A stretch of 64,000 bases of DNA from Candidatus Latescibacterota bacterium. GTDB taxonomy: Bacteria; Latescibacterota; UBA2968. How positions within the stretch are numbered: position 1 is the stretch's first letter; each line of letters opens with the position of its first letter. The stretch spans positions 1,312,001 through 1,376,000 of the forward strand of contig OZ241986.1 of the NCBI GenBank assembly GCA_965204375.1, in the 5' to 3' direction. A model generated the notes under the pieces. The model was given only the letters and a program-made list of their open reading frames with translations, did no database searches and was not told the origin of the DNA. Below are positions 18,091 to 28,034 of the stretch, piece by piece. A program made the translations under genes and the position numbers.

Positions 18091-18168
18091 CCTGTGAATA
18101 AAGAGGGGGAGCGGCTTCCGGGCCGCTCCCTGCATGCGATGAACCGGAGATGGAAGGAGGAACAGACG

Positions 18169-20517
18169 ATGAGCGTACCACGATGGATAATGGCTGTTGC
18201 GATCGGTGCGGCGTTGTTCCTGTGTGCGGAGCCTCAGACCCGGGCCGAGAAGTTGCAACGGCCTATGATTCAGGTCGGGGTGACGACCATGGGCTACCAC
18301 GGTGGGTACCTGCGCACGGGGGACGAAAACTTTTTGCTATATCCCAGCAACCTCCGGCGGCCCGGAGGGTATGGCGACAACAAGCTCAAAGGCACGGCCG
18401 AGCACCTCGCCTATTACATGCGCCAGCGCGCAGGGCACGGGGTGTGGTCGTTTACATCGGACCAGGTCGTGATTTATACAGGTCCCCGCAGGGACAAGGA
18501 CGATTTGCTGATGCCGATGCAATACGATGTGAGCGCCCACCCGGAACTGTCGAAACTGGGCCGGGGGGGTGTAAATAGACCGTATATTCTCTATCGCCCC
18601 AGAGTGCAGATGGGGAACGGGGAGCCGTTTCCCGCCGGGCTTGATGAGACGAGCCTGGGCGGGAACTGGTGGCCGGGGTCGGAACTGATTGAGGAGTGGA
18701 AGCGGACCGGCGATGTGCGAGCCGTCCACATCAACAATTTCAATCTCTCTGAGTATTCCAATTTCGACGAGTGGCCCGAAGAGATGATTGTGGTGAAGTG
18801 GACGAACGCGCAGGGATTGACGTTTACAGAACGCGTATCCGGCTGGAGCCATCCCGATTTCGACGATTTTTTTCTCGATGAGTATATAATTGAAAATACA
18901 GGCGATAAGAATGGAGATGGCGAGCCAGACGGGCCGGTGCTCGATCAGAGAGATGTCTATATCGGGTTTATGGACCGATTCGCTCCCTCTGCTTCCGGGG
19001 CGCACTCGCAGTGGGGTGCCTATTGGAGGGAGGAACGGACTTTTATCATGGATGACTGGTACACCTATGATACGACTCTCAAGCTCCTCTTCTCATGGGA
19101 TGGAGACCACCCGTTGTACGGAGACTGGGATGACACGGGTGACCCATATAAGGATGCGTTTGCATTCAAGCGCCTCGGTCAGCCGGAGAATACGCTGATG
19201 AGCCCCATGCACCTGGGCGTGGGCGTGATCGCGTACACGGACGATCCCACAAGTCCTTACGGGTTCAATGCGCGTGATAGGAACCAGGGTTATATCGTCC
19301 CCCGGGGAGACCAGCCCTTTGCCGTGCGTTACTGGGAGTCGTTTTCCAACTCCGTTCAGGATGATCCCCGTGGAGAGACCACGTCGGACCCGGAGATGTA
19401 CAGCATGATTGTAGGCCCCGGCCCTCAGATCACGGAGGGAAAACCCTCACATGTTCCGAGTGGACAGTTCTCCATGCTGGTCTTCGGGCCTTACGACCTG
19501 CCTCCGGGCGGAAAGGCCAAGATCGTGCTGGCCTATGCAGGCGGACATCCCGGGCAGATGCTCGGGAATACGGATATGTGGACATGGGCGTTTAAGGGGA
19601 ACCAGGCCGAGTTGCCCAAGGGCCTGGACGCGCTCAAGCAGAATATTGAGGCTGCACAATTTGCCTACGACAATGCCTTCGATATTCCGGACGCGCCCCC
19701 GGATGTGAATTTCCGGAGTGGCAGCAGCCCGGACGCACAGATGCAACTGGAATGGTCTGCTGATATTGAGAACGCGGTGCATCCGGACTACGGTACAAAC
19801 GACATCGCCGGGTACCGGGTCTATCGTTCCACCTGGTTCGATATAGGCCCCTGGGAGTTGATCGCCGATTTCAAGGTGGGTGAGGCTCCGGATGAAACCG
19901 GCTACAAGGTAGAGCGCAACGGCGCCGATTACGTGTTCACTGACAAGAATTCCGTTGCCGGATTCTTTTATCACTACAGCGTGCGTGCCTACCAGATGCC
20001 TCACACGGGCTGGACATCGGGAAGCAGCGATCCGACGCTTCATCCGCTATCTATGGCAGATCTGCCGTCGCATATCGCCTCGCACCTGCAGGTGGGGCAA
20101 GAGGGAGGCTGGTCTGCACAGACACAGCGGATCTACGCATCCGAGTCGCCCTTTGCGGTTCCTTCCGGGGAGTCGGATGCGTCCGGGGCCCAGGTGCGGG
20201 TGGTGCCCAATCCCTATATCGGATCCGGGTTTGCCAGCGTGGTGGGCGAGGAGTCGCATTCCTATGGTGGTGCTCCCAAGATCCGATTCGTAGGTATTCC
20301 ATCGCATTGCCGGATCCGCATCTTTTCAGTATCCGGAGAACTGGTGGGCGATATTACGCATACCGATCGGGACAAAGGAGAGACCGACTACGATCAGCTT
20401 TCGTGGAACAACCTGACGGAGATCGCCACAGGGGTCTATTTTTACGTGGTGGAGAATCTGATCGATGGAGCCGATAAGGGGAAGATACAGCGAGGCACTT
20501 TCATGATCATCCGATAG
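18169..20517 (+). CDS. Exported protein with FN3-like region and T9SS type-A/FlgD-like C-terminal domain
   Basis: Signal peptide; GYRVYRS; C-terminus VRVVPNPY...IRIFSVSGELV...IATGVYFYVV...GTFMIIR. Confidence 0.8.
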   Translation: MSVPRWIMAVAIGAALFLCAEPQTRAEKLQRPMIQVGVTTMGYHGGYLRTGDENFLLYPSNLRRPGGYGDNKLKGTAEHLAYYMRQRAGHGVWSFTSDQVVIYTGPRRDKDDLLMPMQYDVSAHPELSKLGRGGVNRPYILYRPRVQMGNGEPFPAGLDETSLGGNWWPGSELIEEWKRTGDVRAVHINNFNLSEYSNFDEWPEEMIVVKWTNAQGLTFTERVSGWSHPDFDDFFLDEYIIENTGDKNGDGEPDGPVLDQRDVYIGFMDRFAPSASGAHSQWGAYWREERTFIMDDWYTYDTTLKLLFSWDGDHPLYGDWDDTGDPYKDAFAFKRLGQPENTLMSPMHLGVGVIAYTDDPTSPYGFNARDRNQGYIVPRGDQPFAVRYWESFSNSVQDDPRGETTSDPEMYSMIVGPGPQITEGKPSHVPSGQFSMLVFGPYDLPPGGKAKIVLAYAGGHPGQMLGNTDMWTWAFKGNQAELPKGLDALKQNIEAAQFAYDNAFDIPDAPPDVNFRSGSSPDAQMQLEWSADIENAVHPDYGTNDIAGYRVYRSTWFDIGPWELIADFKVGEAPDETGYKVERNGADYVFTDKNSVAGFFYHYSVRAYQMPHTGWTSGSSDPTLHPLSMADLPSHIASHLQVGQEGGWSAQTQRIYASESPFAVPSGESDASGAQVRVVPNPYIGSGFASVVGEESHSYGGAPKIRFVGIPSHCRIRIFSVSGELVGDITHTDRDKGETDYDQLSWNNLTEIATGVYFYVVENLIDGADKGKIQRGTFMIIR

Positions 20518-20535
20518 ATAAAAGGGGGTAGAACC

Positions 20536-21519
20536 GTGAGACAGTTTTGCTTGATACTCCTGCTTGCCGGAATGGGGGTGCTCCTGTCTGCACCTCCGGG
20601 CAGAGCGGATGTGCAGGAATTTATAGATTACCGCTTTGACATGCACAAGTTTTCCGGCCTGGGCGGTTTCCAGTTTCTCAAGATTGGACAGGGCGCACGA
20701 CCCGTGGCTATGGGAGATGCGTATATGGCCGTGGCCGATGACATCAACGCGATTTTCTGGAATCCAGCGGGGCTGACCGAGATCCGCCGCCTGGCCTGGA
20801 CGGCTACGTACACAAAGTGGTTGGTAGATTCTTATGTTTTTTCCGGGGCTGTGGCCTGGAACACGCGCACGGCCATGGGCGGGGTGATCGGGATGAGCGT
20901 GATCGGCTTCCAGCCCGGCGAGTTTGAAGAAACTACGATTTTCCAGCCGCTGGGCACGGGGCAGAATGTATCTGCCGGAGATATAGGTATCAGCGCGGTC
21001 TATGCGTTGAGGCTGACAGACAAGTTTTCGTTCGGTGCCAGAATATCCTGGCTGCACCAAACCCTTTATACATTTAGCATCAATCAGGTCTCCATCGATG
21101 TGGGAACGCATTTCCACACGGGCTTTAAGAGCCTGCGTCTGGGCATGGGGTTGCGGAACTTCGGTCCGGACAAAAGGGTTCTGTCGAGCACTTTTCTCAT
21201 GCCGTTGCAGTACAATGTGGCGCTGGCCGCAGAGGTTTTCGGGGAGAAGGGCGATCCGACGTATCTGACGGTGTCGGGGGAGACGCTTTATGCCACGGAT
21301 TACGACCTGCGCGCCCTATTGGGAGCCGAACTGTGGGTGCAGAATATGCTTGCACTGCGAGGTGGCTACAAGTTCGCCTACCAGACGGACAGTTACAGTC
21401 TGGGCGTGGGGCTGAAAAAGGAGATTGCCGGTGACCGAGCGTTGACCGTAGATATCGCTTACTCGAAAATGGAGTGGTTCACTGCTCCCATCCGGGTGAC
21501 GGTCGGAGGAGTGTTCTGA
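20536..21519 (+). CDS. PorV/PorQ-family outer-membrane protein
   Basis: FLKIGQGARPVAMGDAY..ADDINAIFWNPAGL; LRGGYKF; terminal Phe. Confidence 0.85.
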   Translation: MRQFCLILLLAGMGVLLSAPPGRADVQEFIDYRFDMHKFSGLGGFQFLKIGQGARPVAMGDAYMAVADDINAIFWNPAGLTEIRRLAWTATYTKWLVDSYVFSGAVAWNTRTAMGGVIGMSVIGFQPGEFEETTIFQPLGTGQNVSAGDIGISAVYALRLTDKFSFGARISWLHQTLYTFSINQVSIDVGTHFHTGFKSLRLGMGLRNFGPDKRVLSSTFLMPLQYNVALAAEVFGEKGDPTYLTVSGETLYATDYDLRALLGAELWVQNMLALRGGYKFAYQTDSYSLGVGLKKEIAGDRALTVDIAYSKMEWFTAPIRVTVGGVF

Positions 21520-21567
21520 GAAAAGGTCGATGGCTGACTGTTTTATAGACGACAAAGACAAACCGGG

Positions 21568-21670
21568 AGGGCTGTTCGGTCCGATGGGAAGCGCAATGGG
21601 CCGAATAGCCCTTGACTCTACGAACCGGCGGTTCTCTTTTTAAATAGAAGGGAACAGCCGGTTATTTTTA
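21568..21670 (+). terminator. Two intergenic hairpins, the second followed by a T-run
   Basis: gggctgttcggtcc...gggccgaatagccc and aaccggc..gttctct...agggaac.gccggtt-attttt. Confidence 0.45.
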
Positions 21671-21695
21671 TCCATACTCACAAGGAGGGCAGGGC

Positions 21696-22634
21696 GTGGA
21701 TAGGCTTCGCATCTGTTATATCGGTGCTGGCCGGTTTACGAATCGGCGCAATTTTCCGCATCTCGCAGAGCACAACGTAGATCTCGTTGCGGTCTGCGAT
21801 CTGGAGGAGGAGAAGGCGAGGAAGGCGCAGGAGGAGTACGGATTTGGAAAGGTGTACACCGATTTCCGGGAGATGTTGGAAAAAGAGAAACCGGATGCCG
21901 TTTTCTGCGTGGGACCTCACCGGATGCACTACGGCGTGGGGAAGGAGGTGCTCGAGATGGGCTTCCCGCTTTACACGCAAAAGCCGCCAGCGGCTAATGG
22001 GCAGATGGCGCAGGAGATGGCGGATATTGCGAAGCGCAAGGGCGTGACAGCGCACACCGGATTTACGTTGCGGTTTTCGAAGGCATTTCGGGATATGAAG
22101 CGCGTGATGGAAAGCGGGACATTCGGCAGGCCAACGCTGTGCATCGTGCGGTATATGGTCCGGACCGGATCGGATCTGAGGGCAGCGGCGATCGATATGA
22201 ACTCACACGCGGTAGATGCTGGTCGGTTCTTTATGGGGGATATCGAGGAACTGAAGGTCGAAGGGGGCAGGCAGGAGGGCGTTCGCAGCTATGTGGCGAC
22301 TGCGTCGTTTAAAAGTGGGGCTGTCGGGACCTTTAATTTCAGTTCGGGCATGATGGGGGGCGAGATTATGGATGTCCAGATCGTCGGTGAGGAGGGCCAT
22401 GTGTTGACTGACCGACGCTATAAGGCACCCGGAAAGCCCGAAGAGAGAATCGGAGTGCTCGAAGCGGGCCAGGGAACGCACCACGCGTCCGGAAGTTGGT
22501 GGGATGTGGAGAACTATCTGAATGCGGTACGTGGGGCGGAAGAAGATATTTCTCCCATACAAAGCGCGGCGAGAACCATGCAGGATGTGGATGTGATTAT
22601 CGCGCAGCTCGAAGAGATGGGCGCTGCGCTCTGA
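21696..22634 (+). CDS. Gfo/Idh/MocA-family oxidoreductase
   Basis: IGAGRF, VAVCD, YTDFREML, QKPPA, HAVD. Confidence 0.9.
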   Translation: MDRLRICYIGAGRFTNRRNFPHLAEHNVDLVAVCDLEEEKARKAQEEYGFGKVYTDFREMLEKEKPDAVFCVGPHRMHYGVGKEVLEMGFPLYTQKPPAANGQMAQEMADIAKRKGVTAHTGFTLRFSKAFRDMKRVMESGTFGRPTLCIVRYMVRTGSDLRAAAIDMNSHAVDAGRFFMGDIEELKVEGGRQEGVRSYVATASFKSGAVGTFNFSSGMMGGEIMDVQIVGEEGHVLTDRRYKAPGKPEERIGVLEAGQGTHHASGSWWDVENYLNAVRGAEEDISPIQSAARTMQDVDVIIAQLEEMGAAL

Positions 22635-22656
22635 TAGGTACAAAGGAGGGGTCTCG

Positions 22657-23460
22657 GTGGGGGGTAAGAAGGTATTGTATTTCACACGGCATACGGTATA
22701 TACTCTCAACGCACTTCCAGATCCTTTGAAGCCCCTGAAGGGGCCGAGTTTGTCGGATCAGGTGATGGCGGCGATTGGTGAGAAGGGAGGGTTTGCGGTG
22801 GATTGCACGCGGGACGGAGAGGTGTTCGACGGCGATCTGAGCGCGTATGGAGCGTTTGTATTCTTCTCGTCGGGATCGCTTCAGCAGTTGATGGGCCCCG
22901 AGAGCACGCAGGGTTCACCCCCGATTTCCGAACACGGTAAGGTGCAGTTTTTCCAGGCACTGGCCGAAGGTGCCGGGTTCGTGGGGCTTCGGAATGCGGT
23001 TTCGTGCTCGCAGGACATTATCGGATGTTCCTACAACGGCCATGCGCCGACGCAGGAGGGGAGGATGGTGGTGAAGTCTCCGAATTTCCCCGGGCTTGAG
23101 AAGGCCGCAGAATCGTTCGCGATTCGGGATCCGTGGTACACGTTCAAGGCGTTTAAGAAAGATACGCATGTGATTCTCGCGCAGGATACTGAGGTGGCGA
23201 AGAAGGCTGAGGTGCCACCCGAGCGGCAGGAGATGCATCAGAAGATTCTGCGTCCCCCGTATCCGGCCACCTGGGTCCGTGTGAATGGGAGGTCGCGGGT
23301 GTTCTACACGAGCATGGGCAACTTTGACGAGACGTGGACCAATCCGATCTTTCAGGAAATGATGCTGGGAGCCATCCGGTGGACGATGGGCTTAGTGGAT
23401 GCCGATGTGAGTCCGAATATCGATGAGGCTACCCCGCAGGCGAACCAGACAGAGTGGTAA
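22657..23460 (+). CDS. ThuA-domain protein
   Basis: GAGFVG, PATWVRVNGRSRVFYTSMG, GAIRW. Confidence 0.75.
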   Translation: MGGKKVLYFTRHTVYTLNALPDPLKPLKGPSLSDQVMAAIGEKGGFAVDCTRDGEVFDGDLSAYGAFVFFSSGSLQQLMGPESTQGSPPISEHGKVQFFQALAEGAGFVGLRNAVSCSQDIIGCSYNGHAPTQEGRMVVKSPNFPGLEKAAESFAIRDPWYTFKAFKKDTHVILAQDTEVAKKAEVPPERQEMHQKILRPPYPATWVRVNGRSRVFYTSMGNFDETWTNPIFQEMMLGAIRWTMGLVDADVSPNIDEATPQANQTEW

Positions 23461-23471
23461 GGAGGTTATTT

Positions 23472-24689
23472 GTGGCAAGAATTATCGTTGGTTTCGAAGG
23501 AAGCTGTCCGCAAAGCGAGGAGGGCGTCCGACAGGAGGGCAAGAACCGATTTCGCATCTTTCCATCGTGGCGTCCAGGTCCCGGGATCAGCGAAGAGGCC
23601 GTTGGCCACAGTACCCGGCTGGGTCTGAAATTGGTGAATGAATCACAGGCGGATGAGACTGTGGCGCTCCTGATAGACTGGCAGTGCGACGAAGCGCCGC
23701 CGGATATGCCCCGGGGTTTCAGCTCGAGCACGTATATGTCCTACCGCGATTTCATAGTCGTCCGAGAGCCGGAGCACGAGGTATGGCGCACGGTGATGGG
23801 AGATGTGGAAGGTTCGGTGGCAGAATTTGAGCTGAATATTTCGCCGGGTGAGACGGAAGTTCACTGGCATCCGCCATATACTTATACGCAGAGTGAAGCA
23901 TTTGTAGATTCGCTTCGGGCGCATCCGCTGGTGCAGGTTGAGCAGATCGGGAAGAGCGAGGAAGGGCGCAATCTACCGCTTTTGACAATTACAGATTCGG
24001 GGAAACGCGATAAGGCGTGCGTGCTGATCGTTTCGCGCTACCACGCGTATGAGAGCGCGTCGAGTTATGCGGTGGAGGGAATGGTTCAGTGGCTTTTGAG
24101 CGAAGATCCATGGGCGATTGCGGCGTTGCGGCGCTATGTTTTTTACATCGTTCCGATGGCCAATCCAGATGGGGTGGTGAACGGTATGGGACGGTTGACC
24201 GCCCCCCAGGGCGCAGACCTGATTATGTCATCTACAGCGCAGGACAATGCGCACCGGGTGCTCTGGGAAATGGTGGATCGGATTAAGCCTCAATTTTGTA
24301 TCGGTCTGCACAACTGGCAGAACAAACACAGCGATGGACTCCTGGGGCTGGAGCCTCATCTACGGAATCGGTTCCTGAAGTTTATGCCCGATCAGGTCGA
24401 GTTTGGGAAACAGTGGCATATCCGAGAGCCTCGGCCGGTAAGCTCCACACGACCGCAGCGCGAGTTGATGGGAGAGTATTGCCGCCGCGAGTTTGGCGCA
24501 CAAAGCGTGGGGTTGGAGTTTCCCTGGTTTGGCAGAACGCCGGATGACGTGCGGGAGACCGGACGAAAGACGGTCTGGGCATTGTTTCGGGCGCTGGATG
24601 AGCCTTCGCCGGGTGCCTGGCTTTACGATCCTCCCGAGAAGTTTACGCTGAGCAGTTACTGGGAAATGGGAGAGGACGGGACGGACTGA
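23472..24689 (+). CDS. M14-family zinc carboxypeptidase-like protein
   Basis: IGKSEEGR, RYHAYE, PMANPDGV, GLH; GTG after AGGAGG. Confidence 0.8.
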   Translation: MARIIVGFEGSCPQSEEGVRQEGKNRFRIFPSWRPGPGISEEAVGHSTRLGLKLVNESQADETVALLIDWQCDEAPPDMPRGFSSSTYMSYRDFIVVREPEHEVWRTVMGDVEGSVAEFELNISPGETEVHWHPPYTYTQSEAFVDSLRAHPLVQVEQIGKSEEGRNLPLLTITDSGKRDKACVLIVSRYHAYESASSYAVEGMVQWLLSEDPWAIAALRRYVFYIVPMANPDGVVNGMGRLTAPQGADLIMSSTAQDNAHRVLWEMVDRIKPQFCIGLHNWQNKHSDGLLGLEPHLRNRFLKFMPDQVEFGKQWHIREPRPVSSTRPQRELMGEYCRREFGAQSVGLEFPWFGRTPDDVRETGRKTVWALFRALDEPSPGAWLYDPPEKFTLSSYWEMGEDGTD

Positions 24690-24722
24690 ACACGGTGCTG
24701 CGCGATGAGAAGGAGAGATAAC

Positions 24723-25595
24723 ATGTCGTTGCCCATTATCATGCATGTGAACTACTGCGAACAGGGTCAGACAATTCCCGAGATGTGCCGCAAGGCGGTG
24801 GCCTGGGGATTTGATGGGATTGAGTTCCGGCGAGTGCGTCGGGGCGTTGACGAGACGCCGGAAGCGTATGTAGATGAAGTAGGCAGAGCAGCGGAGGATG
24901 CGGGCCTCAAGCATGTGCTGTTCGGGGGGCCGGGGGTCAATCTGGCGGCGGAGGATGCAGACGAGCGGAAGGCGCAGATTGAGGAGGGTGTGCGCTTCTA
25001 CCGGCTGGCAGCCGAACGCGTCGAGCTGACGGTGTGCAACGTGGGCGCAGGAAGCATACCGAGGAGAGATCGGAGTGCGCCATCCTGGGATTACCACGCG
25101 AGTGGATCGGGGGCGGCAACGGAGGATCACTATAAGTGGGCGGCTGAAGGCTACCGCGAACTGGGCGCGGTGGCCGAGGAATTCGGATTCAAAATGGCGT
25201 TCGAGACGCATATGGGGTGCCTGACGGACCTTCCAGAGCCGACGGCAAAGCTGCTGGATATGATCGATTCACCGGCAGTGGGAGCGAATCTGGATTACGG
25301 CAATATGGCGTATTTTGTTAAAGCACCCACGTTGAGCGAGGCGATTTCTACGCTGAGCGGACGGATTTACATGGTGCATTTGAAGAATTCCCACGCGGTC
25401 AACGCGGGCGATCACATGGTGATGGTCAAGTGCCCGCTGGGCGAGGGGATGATCAACAACCGGGAGTTCCTGCGACTGTTGCGGGAGGATGGGTTTGACG
25501 GACCGATCTGCATTGAGGGGCCCAGGCAAGGGGATCGGGAGTGGTTCGCGCAGCAGGATATCCACTATCTGAAATCGGTGCTGAGCGATGGCTGA
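24723..25595 (+). CDS. Sugar phosphate isomerase/epimerase (AP endonuclease 2 TIM barrel)
   Basis: GFDGIE, FETH, NLDYGN, VHLK, GPICIE. Confidence 0.85.
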   Translation: MSLPIIMHVNYCEQGQTIPEMCRKAVAWGFDGIEFRRVRRGVDETPEAYVDEVGRAAEDAGLKHVLFGGPGVNLAAEDADERKAQIEEGVRFYRLAAERVELTVCNVGAGSIPRRDRSAPSWDYHASGSGAATEDHYKWAAEGYRELGAVAEEFGFKMAFETHMGCLTDLPEPTAKLLDMIDSPAVGANLDYGNMAYFVKAPTLSEAISTLSGRIYMVHLKNSHAVNAGDHMVMVKCPLGEGMINNREFLRLLREDGFDGPICIEGPRQGDREWFAQQDIHYLKSVLSDG

Positions 25596-27966
25596 GGTAG
25601 AGATGAAGGCCGTTCGGGCGGAAGCGGGGGGACCGCGTCGCAGCTCGGCAGACGCCATAGCGGGATGGCTGGCCGGGATTCTCGCGATGGCGATTTGCCT
25701 TACTGGAGGCTGGGAGGGACTTGCGAAAATGAGACTGATGACTATGGATGTATCTGCTACGGAGGTGCCCGATGTGCTGGACGCCTATCTGGACCGCAAC
25801 TACTACACTACAGAGGATGTTGCCCGTCTCGCGGCCTCAGTCCATCTGGGGGCCACGAAGGCACAGACTGCCGACTTGAGGCTCTCTGTGTCTCTGACTG
25901 ATGAGGACGGCGAGGCGATCACCACACATGAACTCAGGGTCGCTACGACGAATGCGACCGCACTCATCACGGAAGAACTGCCTCCCAACGCCCATGTATC
26001 CCTTATCCACGCGAGGGAGGAATCGCAGATTGAGTTGCCCATTCGCGAACTTCCACCCGGACGCTACCGGGTACGCCTGCGACTGGGCGATGGATCTGGC
26101 GAGCCTGTGGCCGAGTTGAACCTGCCCCTGCTCAAACATCCCCCTGCTGTGGAAGGGGCGACGGAGGTCAAGGTCGATCAGGTAAACCAGGCGTTGCTCG
26201 TAGATGGGAAGCCCTTCTTCCCGATAGGAATGGTGAGCCTGGAGATGGACGAGGCTGCTTTGAAACTGTATCGAGAAGCGGGCTTTAACACTGTCATTCG
26301 CTGGTGGGGGATGGGCCGCGCCCATTCTATACCCAGCGCGCTGGAGACACTGGAGGAAGCCCGCCGCAACGGGATCTATGTGGTCGAGCAACCGCTTTCC
26401 TTTACCGCGCAGGAGCGCAAGCTGCTCTACCGCTCGCCCACCTTTCCCCAGGACTTCAGAGAGGCCGTCGGAGAGCTTCCCGAATTTATCCGCGCCGTGC
26501 GGAGCCATCCGTCGGTGATCGCCTACTATGGTCCGGACGAGCCGCACCAGCCCTGGGACAAATCGCCCGAGCTTCTCGAGGATTTCTACGACGCGGTCCA
26601 CGACCTGGACCCTCACCATCCGGTCTATATCTCCGGCTCGCGGCGGATTGACGCCGACTGGTACCGCATTGCCGATGTGCTGGGCATACACGTCTATTGG
26701 AGCCCCGTTGTCGGGGTGATTCCCGCGTACGACTATATGAACCATCGCCCCAACTACATGGCGCGATGTGCCGAGGCCGCCAGGCGGATCACGGAGCTGC
26801 GACGCCAGCCTCTGCTGATGGTTCCGCAGGGGGAACTCTACTCAGGCTCGCGGCGGCCCCACACACCTCGGGAGCGCCGTTTGAATGTCTATCTGGCGCT
26901 CATCCACGGCGCTAAGTCGGTCCTGTACTTCACGTCTCCGATTCGCCACCGAGCGACCTATGAGGACATGAAGGCGCTTTCGGCTGAACTCCACGCGATG
27001 GCACCCTCGTTGCTTATGCGTACTCCCCCGCAGCGTATCGTGGTGGAGCCTTCGCCTTCGCCACCTGAGGTATTCCCGGTTGTCCAGGTGCTGTTCAAGG
27101 ACTGCCCCGAGGGCGACGGGCTGCTCTTGGCGGCTAACAGCAGTCCACGTACCGTTGAGGTCAGATGGGATCTCTCCGCAATGGGCCTGACGGCACGGGT
27201 CTCTGACTTCCATGAAGGTCGGGAATTCAAAGTACGGGAGGGGATCTTTTCCAACCGTCTTGAGGGTTACGCGACCCGGGCATACCGGGTGGCTGGCGTT
27301 TCGAGGAAACCGGGTTCGCGCGTGGACATCCGTGTGAGGCTGTCGGGCGTGGACGCGGTACCGGACACCGTGGAAGGACCAGGACCATCGAAGAACCTCC
27401 TTGCCAACTCGAGTTTCGAAGAAGCCGCCCTGTCGGGCTGGGCGGACTGCTGGGAGCTCTCGAGGGCGGCTCTTTCGCCCACGGCGATGGTGGGGGACTC
27501 CGGGGGGCCGGGACAGGACGGCACGACCGCCCAACACGGCCGGTATTCGCTCAAGATCCTCGGCCAAAAGGATAACACGGGAAGCGCCCGTGCCACCTAT
27601 AAGCACCCGTATCCCAAAGCGAAGCGGAGGCATCCCGGGCTGCCCGTGGATCGAGGCAGAACCTATGTGCTGTCGGCCTATCTCAAGGCAGAATACCCGG
27701 GGTTGAAAGCCCGTCTGGAAGTCGCGAACTTCCATGGAGCGGGACGCTTCAAGAAAGAGATTGAGTTGAGTTCCGACTGGCAGAGGCACCAGTTGGTCTG
27801 CGCCATTCCCGAATCCGGGGAGGGGATGGACTGGTCGGCGGTGTGGATTCGGTTGGCTAACCTGGGAACGGGAGCGATATGGGTAGATGCAGTCCAGTTC
27901 GAGGCCGGAAAACGGGCGACGGCGTATGCGCCCGATGGATATCTGGCCTCACTGAGCATGGAATAG
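25588..27966 (+). CDS. Glycoside-hydrolase-like TIM barrel with C-terminal CBM4/9-like domain
   Basis: LLVDGKPFFPIG, AGFNTV, YYGPDEP, HDLDPHHPV; NLLANSSFEE...WVDAVQFE. Confidence 0.65.
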   Translation: MAEVEMKAVRAEAGGPRRSSADAIAGWLAGILAMAICLTGGWEGLAKMRLMTMDVSATEVPDVLDAYLDRNYYTTEDVARLAASVHLGATKAQTADLRLSVSLTDEDGEAITTHELRVATTNATALITEELPPNAHVSLIHAREESQIELPIRELPPGRYRVRLRLGDGSGEPVAELNLPLLKHPPAVEGATEVKVDQVNQALLVDGKPFFPIGMVSLEMDEAALKLYREAGFNTVIRWWGMGRAHSIPSALETLEEARRNGIYVVEQPLSFTAQERKLLYRSPTFPQDFREAVGELPEFIRAVRSHPSVIAYYGPDEPHQPWDKSPELLEDFYDAVHDLDPHHPVYISGSRRIDADWYRIADVLGIHVYWSPVVGVIPAYDYMNHRPNYMARCAEAARRITELRRQPLLMVPQGELYSGSRRPHTPRERRLNVYLALIHGAKSVLYFTSPIRHRATYEDMKALSAELHAMAPSLLMRTPPQRIVVEPSPSPPEVFPVVQVLFKDCPEGDGLLLAANSSPRTVEVRWDLSAMGLTARVSDFHEGREFKVREGIFSNRLEGYATRAYRVAGVSRKPGSRVDIRVRLSGVDAVPDTVEGPGPSKNLLANSSFEEAALSGWADCWELSRAALSPTAMVGDSGGPGQDGTTAQHGRYSLKILGQKDNTGSARATYKHPYPKAKRRHPGLPVDRGRTYVLSAYLKAEYPGLKARLEVANFHGAGRFKKEIELSSDWQRHQLVCAIPESGEGMDWSAVWIRLANLGTGAIWVDAVQFEAGKRATAYAPDGYLASLSME

Positions 27967-28034
27967 CGGGGAGTTATTATTCCTTTCCCCGTAGCTATTG
28001 TGACCATGTATTTTATGAACGGAGAGGTTGAGAG

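Noticed and set aside
18106-18130. GC-rich hairpin between the TonB receptor and the CTD gene
   Set aside because: No U-tract; most likely an ordinary mRNA-stabilising stem
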